From: an uncultured Verrucomicrobia subdivision 3 bacterium
Lineage (GTDB): Bacteria > Verrucomicrobiota > Verrucomicrobiia > Limisphaerales > UBA11358
DNA: 64,000 nt
Assembly (NCBI GenBank): GCA_903872345.1
Contig: CAIQKM010000017.1
Location: forward strand, 133,385-197,384
Direction: 5' to 3'
Shown: piece by piece, positions 57,443 through 64,000 of the stretch
Numbering within the stretch: the stretch's first letter is position 1
Layout: every line of letters starts with the position of its first letter
Position numbers and translations under genes: made by a program
Notes under the pieces: generated by a model
The model's database searches: none
Told to the model about the DNA's origin: nothing
The model's input: only the letters and a program-made list of their open reading frames with translations

Positions 57443-58162
57443 CTATTGGGGTGTTTTGGAGGCCATGTAACGCACGACCGCCTCCGTGCGGGAACTCACA
57501 TGCAGTTTGGTAAAGACATGCTTCAAATGGCTGCACACCGTATCCACGCTCAGGGCCAGCTTGTCGGCAATCATCTTGTTGGAATAGCCCTGTGACAGGA
57601 GCACCAAAATCTGTTCTTCGCGCATCGAGAGGCGGGAGGATTCATCCCGGATTTTGGCCTTCTGCCGGAATGACTCAATCACCCGCCGGGCGATTTGGCT
57701 GGTCATCGGCGCGCCGCCGCCCAGCACATCCAGCAGGGCGGTGCGCAAATCCGACGGTTTGGTGCGCTTAAGCAGATAACCATCGGCGCCCGCTTCCAGC
57801 GCCAGGAAAACCAGTTCCTGATCATCCATGGCCGTAAGGATGACGATCTGGGTTTGCGGGAGCAACGCCTTGAGCCGCACGGTGCATTCAATCCCGGACA
57901 TGCGCGGCAGAAAAATATCCATCAGCACCACATCCGGCATCTCAATGGGTATGGTGCGCACCGCTTCTTCGCCCGTGGTGCAGGCGCATGTGCAGGTGAA
58001 GTCCGGAAACGAGTTGATGAGCTTGATCCAGCTTTCGCGAACCTTCGGCTGGTCCTCCACCAGGGCGACTTTGATCTGCCGCCGGGCGACGGGATCCGCC
58101 GCTCGTCCGCTTTTGGCCGGTTTCACAGTTTTAACATTTGGAGGAATCATGGTGTTGGGCAA
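57443..58162 (-). CDS. NarL/LuxR-family response regulator
   Basis: REC domain (VALVEDQPKV...VVLMDIFLPRMSG...) plus LuxR HTH (LSMREEQILVLLSQGYSNKMIADKLALSVDTVCSHLKHVFTKL). The start (58162 or ATG 58150) overlaps the kinase 3' end. Confidence 0.9.
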   Translation of the reverse strand: MPNTMIPPNVKTVKPAKSGRAADPVARRQIKVALVEDQPKVRESWIKLINSFPDFTCTCACTTGEEAVRTIPIEMPDVVLMDIFLPRMSGIECTVRLKALLPQTQIVILTAMDDQELVFLALEAGADGYLLKRTKPSDLRTALLDVLGGGAPMTSQIARRVIESFRQKAKIRDESSRLSMREEQILVLLSQGYSNKMIADKLALSVDTVCSHLKHVFTKLHVSSRTEAVVRYMASKTPQ

Positions 58163-59606
58163 GTTCGTCGGTCCGGCCCTGGCCGGTTTCGTTCAGTTTT
58201 TTGCCGGACCAAAGCCAGTTCCAGATGCTACCCCGCTGATGGCGCAAGGGAACGATAAATTCAACCCGGCATCCCCGGCCCGGCTGGCTGGTAATGCGGC
58301 AATGTCCGCCAAGTTCGTTCATCCGCTGCACCATGTTGGCCAGACCGTTGCGCTCGGATTTCAGCGCGGCGGCATCAAAGCCTTTGCCGTTGTCCTCGAC
58401 CACCACCGCCAGTTGCTGGCCTTCCCAGTGGATTTTCAGGCGCAGTTCCGTGGCGCCGGAATGTTTGGCGGCGTTGTTGAGGGTTTCCTTGATGGCCATG
58501 AGGAGGCTGCGCCGGAGCGGCAGGTCAAAGGCGGCCGACGACATTTCCGGGCCCACCTCGAACAGGCAGAGGATTTTGGTCGAAGCCAGATACCCCTCGG
58601 CATACTTGCAAACATAGGCGGCAAAATCGCGCAAGGTATCCCGCTGCGGGTTTACGGCCCAAAGCACCTCGTCCATGGTGGACAGCAAACCGCGGGCTTC
58701 CTCGCAAAACCAGGTGAGTTGCTGGCGGATTTCCGGATTGGCGCACTCTTCATTTTGGGCCAGCTCGCCGTGCAGCACCAACTGGGTCATGCGGGCGCCA
58801 ATGTCATCGTGAATATCCCGGGCGATCCGGGCGCGCTCACGCTGCAGGAGAAACCGCTCTTTGCGATGCAACGCCAACTGGGTCATGAGCCGGAGGCTCA
58901 CCAGAATGACCAGCCCGCAGATGGTCAGGAGCAACACTTGAAACCAGCCCGATTGCCAGAAGTACACTTTGATGGGCTTCAGTGACGGCATCATGATCAC
59001 CGCATCGGGGGCCGTCCACCAGGGACTGCCGCCCAAGGGCGCGATGACGGTTGCGGCCGGCCAGTCCTTGGGGGCCTCGGCACGGGTTTTCCAACGGCCC
59101 GCCCCATCCGGCACCACCCGCCAGCTCGGGTCCGACTTCACTTCCAGGTTGCGCCCATCCGCCAGGTCAACCCGCAAACCCAAAAGCATGCCCGCAAAAA
59201 AGGACCCGTTGAAACACTGCACGCCCAGAATGTGCCGGCCCGGCGCGAGCAACGGGGTCAAATCATAGACAAACAACTCGCGCCATTCGGCGCCCCGCCC
59301 CAATTCACGGCCATCCAAAAAGAGCGTAAATTCGTTGTCCGTCGTCATGACCAGCCGCGCCTTGGCGACCTTCGCATCCGGGGGAATATCGAAGGCATGC
59401 CAAAACTGACAAGTCTGGTTATCCTCGGTTTTATCCGCCCAGATCCAGGAACCCAGTCCGTTCGTGGGGCTCACGTAGGTGTTCGCCATTTCCATCCGGG
59501 CTTTCTGGTCATTGGTCGCATCGCCATCGGCAAATGCCGGCGCGGACGAGGCCAAAAGCACGAGGAGCAGCAGCCACGCTCCAAGGCATGACGCGCCACG
59601 GAGCAT
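58131..59606 (-). CDS. sensor histidine kinase (HisKA_3/NarX type) with rhamnosidase-N-like periplasmic domain
   Basis: H-box ERARIARDIHDDIGARMTQL. ATPase LNNAAKHSGA...VEDNGKGF...GLANMVQRMNELGG. Signal/TM1 CLGAWLLLLVLLASSAPAFA and TM2 WFQVLLLTICGLVILVSL. The periplasmic segment is discussed in findings. ATG at 59606. Confidence 0.85.
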   Translation of the reverse strand: MLRGASCLGAWLLLLVLLASSAPAFADGDATNDQKARMEMANTYVSPTNGLGSWIWADKTEDNQTCQFWHAFDIPPDAKVAKARLVMTTDNEFTLFLDGRELGRGAEWRELFVYDLTPLLAPGRHILGVQCFNGSFFAGMLLGLRVDLADGRNLEVKSDPSWRVVPDGAGRWKTRAEAPKDWPAATVIAPLGGSPWWTAPDAVIMMPSLKPIKVYFWQSGWFQVLLLTICGLVILVSLRLMTQLALHRKERFLLQRERARIARDIHDDIGARMTQLVLHGELAQNEECANPEIRQQLTWFCEEARGLLSTMDEVLWAVNPQRDTLRDFAAYVCKYAEGYLASTKILCLFEVGPEMSSAAFDLPLRRSLLMAIKETLNNAAKHSGATELRLKIHWEGQQLAVVVEDNGKGFDAAALKSERNGLANMVQRMNELGGHCRITSQPGRGCRVEFIVPLRHQRGSIWNWLWSGKKLNETGQGRTDELAQHHDSSKC

Positions 59607-59768
59607 GCAGCGTCTTAACGAAATAAAATGAATAATCGACTGGTGCAGATGCCGATAGCATGCCCCACTTTTCGCACAATACCAAACAAGATGTTCTTTC
59701 GGCAAATTGGCCATGACGCAAACCCGCAGGCCGCCGCGGTCAAAGCGCAGCCGGCCGTCAGCGGGCGT

Positions 59769-61445
59769 TTATTGGGGAGTGGCAAAGACCAATTTGACGG
59801 CTTCGAGATAGCCATAGCCGGTTTGCAGCGTGGGTTCCAGGCAACTGCCTTCGGGCCATTCGTTCCAGGCGTTGATGGTGACGATTTTCGGCTGCACCGG
59901 CGCGGCCAGCAACCGCCGTTTGATGATTTCCAGGGATTGCCGGAACGCCGCCGGCGTGTTGCCCGTGACCACCGAGTTCACGGTCGGCCCGGCGGGATGG
60001 CTCCAATCGGCGTTGGCGGCGGCGCGCGGACTGTTGTCCCAATTGATCATGGCATTGGGAAAATAGGGAATCGCGTAATCTACTTTGGCGTGCGCCCAAA
60101 AGGACAGATATTTCTGGCGGCCCCGGACGTAATCGGAGGTCGGAAACGTACCGTTATCCAGCGACCCGTGATGCACCCACGTGTAGCTGGTGAGGCTGTC
60201 GAGCGCGAGCTCGCGGCAAAGTTTGGGCCAGCCGGGCGGCGTCTTGCCGCCGGGCAGATTCGGCTGCCCCCAGACAATCGCATTGACGTGCAAACCCGGA
60301 AAGCCGGCGGTAACGACCTTGGCCCGGAATTGATCGATTGCGGCGCGGGCGTTTTCAATCGAGCCAAAACTGTCGAGAAACTGGCTCATTTCGTAGATGG
60401 AAAAATACGGTTTGCCATCCACGAGCCAATAGCTGGGATGCTTGAAATAGCGGGCAATGACCAGGTCGCAAATTTTATCCCAGGTCGCGGGCGTGACCTT
60501 GCCCGGATAGAGCAGCTTGAGATTGTTGTCGGCGGGATTGTAGCCTTGGATGTCATACCAGTCATGATTCGCCCACATGAGGGCAAACTTCACCCGGGCA
60601 TTGTTGGTGGCGTGGAGAAAGCCTTGGTCCAAGGCATCGTCCAGATATGGCCCGTCGTTGTAGTAATACCAGTCGAAGATGAAGGCGTTCACGCCATAGT
60701 CGGCGGCGGCGGCAATCTTTTGGGCCATGACTTCGGGCTGGGCCTCATTTTGATAGCCCCAGAGCGGCGGTTTGGGCTGCACATGACCGGGAAAGCGCGG
60801 CTTGGCGGCTTTGATCTCATCCCACTCTGTGAACCCGGGATATTTGTTCTTGTCCCAGCGCGGATCCGGATGGGTGCCGGGATAGTAGTAGGCGGCCACG
60901 GTGATGGGTGCGGCGGCCACGGGCTTGGGGGTTGCCGCGGAACCCGGTTCCCGGACGGTCACGGAAACATTGTCGAGCGCGGGGGTGAATTGGGTGGCCG
61001 CGAATTGGATGACAATCGCCGTGCCGGCGGGCACCTGCGGCGCCACGAGCGTTTGCCGGTCGCCGTCCATAAATTCGCCGGTCGCAAGCAGGCGCTGCCC
61101 GCCGTCCAAAATGGACGCCTGCAAGACGGTCTCGCCATGGAAGACATCCGCGACATCAAACGTCAGCACGACATCGCCGGCCGTTTCCAACGTGCCAATA
61201 GGTTGGGACAGACGACCCGATTGGGACGGATTGCAGACCGGCGGCGTTGTCCCTTGTCTGGCATTGAGGGTATAGAGGTTGCTCGTCCCGTTCCAACCGG
61301 GCGGCAGGCCGGCGTACCAGCCATCGTTACCCGGGGTCAGGCCGGTGAGGTCGCTGAAGTCGCCGTTCACCACGGCGAGGCCACCCCGGCCGGTCGCGGT
61401 CAGGGCCGTCCCGATGACCAGACACAGCGCCAGCCATTTCGGCAT
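59769..61445 (-). CDS. secreted glycoside hydrolase family 99-like (WbsX-like) domain protein with N-terminal beta-sandwich module
   Basis: C-terminal ~370 aa match the WbsX/GH99-like pattern (AAYYYPGTHPDPRWD...GYQNEAQPEVMAQKIAAAADYGVNAFIFDWYYY...MWANHDW). Signal peptide MPKWLALCLVIGTALTA from ATG 61445; the track start is 61511. Confidence 0.6.
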   Translation of the reverse strand: MPKWLALCLVIGTALTATGRGGLAVVNGDFSDLTGLTPGNDGWYAGLPPGWNGTSNLYTLNARQGTTPPVCNPSQSGRLSQPIGTLETAGDVVLTFDVADVFHGETVLQASILDGGQRLLATGEFMDGDRQTLVAPQVPAGTAIVIQFAATQFTPALDNVSVTVREPGSAATPKPVAAAPITVAAYYYPGTHPDPRWDKNKYPGFTEWDEIKAAKPRFPGHVQPKPPLWGYQNEAQPEVMAQKIAAAADYGVNAFIFDWYYYNDGPYLDDALDQGFLHATNNARVKFALMWANHDWYDIQGYNPADNNLKLLYPGKVTPATWDKICDLVIARYFKHPSYWLVDGKPYFSIYEMSQFLDSFGSIENARAAIDQFRAKVVTAGFPGLHVNAIVWGQPNLPGGKTPPGWPKLCRELALDSLTSYTWVHHGSLDNGTFPTSDYVRGRQKYLSFWAHAKVDYAIPYFPNAMINWDNSPRAAANADWSHPAGPTVNSVVTGNTPAAFRQSLEIIKRRLLAAPVQPKIVTINAWNEWPEGSCLEPTLQTGYGYLEAVKLVFATPQ

Positions 61446-61727
61446 TTTCAAACTGCCGGGCGATCTGCGGCCGGATCGCAATGATGCGGAGAACAGCGTG
61501 TATGTTTGCATATATCATTCAATCCTGTTTCCCTCGGGGCGCACGCAACTGAAAGCAACCATCGGGTTGTGTTGCGTGGACGGGAATGCCGTTGGCAAAA
61601 CCGACAGCATGGTGTAAACCCCATCATAAACAAGGAACCCGGGCCCGCAAATGCCCCAAACCGGTTAACCGCCTATCACCGAAACCAGTGATGCTGTTTA
61701 TCGGTGGATGAACTGCATCATTACGGT

Positions 61728-64000
61728 TTAAGGCGACGGCACGGTTTCAGCAACAAATTGGTAATGGCCCGAGCCCGCCTGCAAAACCACGCAGCCATTT
61801 TCCGAACGCACGTTGCTTATTCCGTCCACCTGCGCCAACGGCTTTCCGTTTTCGGTGACCGCTTCAACCGTTTTCGCCGGCAGATAAACCGTGGCCGTGG
61901 TATTTGCGGGGATGGTTGCCTTCAGGGTGAATTGGTTTCCCTCAGTCTGCCAGTCGCTGACAATCCGGCCGCGAATGGAATCATAGCTGGCCTGGCACCA
62001 GGTGACTTCCCGGGCCGGACGCGGATGAATCGTGAAGGTTTGATAGCCGGGATGCTGCTCATCCGGGTTCAGCCCGGCGACGTTGCGCCAGAGCCATTCG
62101 CTGACCGCGCTGTGCGTCCAATGATTGAGGGACAGATTCTGGCGGTTGGCGTTGAACGCCTCCCAGAAAGTGGTGTTGTATTCGGCCATGTAACCCCAGG
62201 ACGGTTGATCGCGCTGGTTCATCATTTTGGCGACGTCCGCCTGATAACCGGCATCGGCCAGGGCGAGCAGCATTTCCACGCTGCTCCAAAATCCGGTCGT
62301 GGGGTGATGTTTGTTCCGGACCACCAGTTCGTCGAGCCGCTTGGCGGCCAGGGAACGCAACGGTTCATCGAGCAGGCCAAAGCGCAGCGCGAGCGCATAG
62401 CTGCCCTGCGTGTCGCCCAAGTCGGTCGCGTCATAGCCATAGGCGGCCGAAACGACTTTCACCGGCCGGCCATTCTGACCGCTCACTTCCACCTTGCCGC
62501 CCTCGACAATGGACTGGTCCTCGGTTTCGTTTCCCCGGCGGATGACGAGGTGAAGATTCTTGATCTGATTAAGCGCCGGATCGCCCCCGAGCACATCATT
62601 ATGCACGGTGAAGTTCAAAGTGCCGTTGTTGATCAGAGAACGAACCATGGCGGTCACATCCCGCATGACGGGCTGGCCGGGAACGCGTCCGCCAATGATG
62701 CCGGTGGCGCTGACATGGTCTTGCACAAACGCCTGCCGGATGCCTTGAAACAAGGCCTGATATTTCGCGGCGTCCTCCTGGCGTCCCAAAGCTTGGGCCA
62801 TGCGCGCCAACAGGTCGGCGGAGTGCGCAAAGAAGGCGGTCGCACCAATCTCTCTGGGCGTCTCCACGCCGGCGCTCATCCAATCGCCCCAATCCTGGCC
62901 GCGATTGTTCCGCCAGCGCAAATCGGGGTTGCTGGCATGGATGACCTCCACCCAGCGCTGCGCGGCCGCAAAGTGTTCGGCCAGCAGCCGCCGGTCGCCG
63001 GTGTTCACATAGACATCCCACGGGAGCGAGACGCCCGCGTCCCCCCACCCCGGCGATCCCACGCAGGTGGTGGTGCCGCGCAAATGGGCATGCGGCGCAA
63101 TATCGGTGAAACGGCCATCGGGCGACTGATCATCCCGGATGTCGGCGCAATATTTGGTCAGGAGCGGGGCGGTGTCGAAATTGAACAACAACGACTGCAC
63201 ACACGGCCGAATGTCGCCCATCCAGGCGACGCGTTCGGAACGGGCGGCACAGCCGTTCGGAACATCGAAAAGCAGGTTGGCCTGGGTCCAGGCGGCGGCC
63301 GACTGGATGCGGTTATACAATTCGTTTGAGCATTTGAAATGCCCCGCTATCGCGGCGTCCGTGCGTACATTGACCGCCACCAGCGTGTCGGGTTTTAATT
63401 GACCGGGGAGACCCGCCAGTTCGACATAACGGAAACCGTGATAGGTGAAGTGCGGTTCGAGCCTGCGCGGTCCTTGGCCATCGAGGATGTAATCTTCCTC
63501 CTGGAGCGTGCCCATGAGCGTGCCGATGTCGATATTGCCATCCGGCGAAACCAGCTCGGCGTGGCGCAGCCGCACATGCGTGCCGGCCGGACCAGCCGCC
63601 TGCAACCGGCACCAGCCGGTGAATTCCTGACCGAAATCAAACACATAGACACCCGGCTTTACTTCCTTCACGGCCACCGGCTTGAACTCGCGGATGCCCC
63701 GCACCGGCTGGGTGCGATCCCACACCAGCGGTACTTCGTTGCGCGGTTGGGACCAGACGGGCTGCCAGGCCCGGTCGTCAAACCCGGGCTGATCCCAGCC
63801 GGACAGTTCCCGGCGGCAATCATAACCTTCGCCATCCAGCAAATCCGACCAGCGCACCGGACCGTTCAGCGTGCTGCGCCATTGGCCATCCGTGCCCAGA
63901 CGCGCATGGGTGCCGTCCGCAAGTTCCACCTCGAGTTGGGCGAGAAACTGCGGGAAATAGCCGTAGATGCAACGCATCTCGAACAGGTTCATATGGCCGG
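61728..64000 (-). CDS. alpha-L-rhamnosidase (GH78), N-terminus outside window
   Basis: The ORF stays open to the window edge upstream of M at 63992. GH78 features: DGEGYDCRRELSGWDQPGFDDRAW, FYVELAG-type beta-sandwich, the (alpha/alpha)6 catalytic region (CVGSPGWGDAGVSLPWDVYVNTGD, GDWMSAG, HSAVSEWLW) and the C-terminal beta-sandwich. Confidence 0.9.
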   Translation of the reverse strand, partial: GHMNLFEMRCIYGYFPQFLAQLEVELADGTHARLGTDGQWRSTLNGPVRWSDLLDGEGYDCRRELSGWDQPGFDDRAWQPVWSQPRNEVPLVWDRTQPVRGIREFKPVAVKEVKPGVYVFDFGQEFTGWCRLQAAGPAGTHVRLRHAELVSPDGNIDIGTLMGTLQEEDYILDGQGPRRLEPHFTYHGFRYVELAGLPGQLKPDTLVAVNVRTDAAIAGHFKCSNELYNRIQSAAAWTQANLLFDVPNGCAARSERVAWMGDIRPCVQSLLFNFDTAPLLTKYCADIRDDQSPDGRFTDIAPHAHLRGTTTCVGSPGWGDAGVSLPWDVYVNTGDRRLLAEHFAAAQRWVEVIHASNPDLRWRNNRGQDWGDWMSAGVETPREIGATAFFAHSADLLARMAQALGRQEDAAKYQALFQGIRQAFVQDHVSATGIIGGRVPGQPVMRDVTAMVRSLINNGTLNFTVHNDVLGGDPALNQIKNLHLVIRRGNETEDQSIVEGGKVEVSGQNGRPVKVVSAAYGYDATDLGDTQGSYALALRFGLLDEPLRSLAAKRLDELVVRNKHHPTTGFWSSVEMLLALADAGYQADVAKMMNQRDQPSWGYMAEYNTTFWEAFNANRQNLSLNHWTHSAVSEWLWRNVAGLNPDEQHPGYQTFTIHPRPAREVTWCQASYDSIRGRIVSDWQTEGNQFTLKATIPANTTATVYLPAKTVEAVTENGKPLAQVDGISNVRSENGCVVLQAGSGHYQFVAETVPSP

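Noticed and set aside
59628-63329. 618-aa and 541-aa plus-strand ORFs (59628..61484, 61704..63329) opposite the GH99-like and GH78 genes; similarly 15932..17608, 15077..15916, 23775..25070, 13561..14748
   Set aside because: Same reasoning: antisense shadow ORFs with low-complexity Arg/Gly-rich sequence.

Overview
High-GC bacterial chromosomal segment. It looks like a PVC/Verrucomicrobiota-type genome; that is an inference from giant secreted CAZymes carrying autotransporter-associated beta-strand repeats, ROK and ECF regulators and many GC-rich intergenic palindromes. Most of the window is plant-cell-wall (pectin side-chain) catabolism. (i) 1-14.8 kb is a rhamnogalacturonan/rhamnose block: GH51 arabinofuranosidase, rhaT, rhaA, an unassigned secreted GH, a 1679-aa PL4-type RG lyase and a GH16-like protein. 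(ii) 41.8-55.1 kb is a co-directional pentose cluster, bounded at its 3' end by a terminator: ROK regulator, xylA, araA, GH51, araB, araD, GH43, galM, Na+/sugar symporter. (iii) 57.4-64 kb holds a NarL-type two-component system, a GH99-like protein and a GH78 rhamnosidase that runs off the window. Housekeeping and signalling genes lie between these blocks: POT transporter plus calpain-like protease, methyltransferase, ilvA, FIST plus hybrid kinase, FAH hydrolase, PHP, mnmA, a membrane-tethered ECF sigma factor, dus and a fucP-like transporter. The clearest accessory region is a ~7.1-kb, visibly AT-richer integrative element at 25158-32253, inserted in tRNA-Arg(ACG) with exact 30-bp att repeats. 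It carries an integrase, an Xis-like HTH protein, a DUF3102-like protein, an AEP prim-pol, phased TTGCACA iterons at both ends, a ~113-nt extended hairpin, and an uncharacterised zinc-ribbon/TM2/membrane cargo protein. This cargo module is my best candidate for an undescribed system. A second recurring signal is a set of intergenic hairpin elements whose inverted arms are built from 7-10-nt tandem units; one of them encloses a 23S-IVS-type four-helix-bundle gene. No rRNA genes or CRISPR arrays were seen. All functional calls rest on motif recognition by eye; no searches were run.
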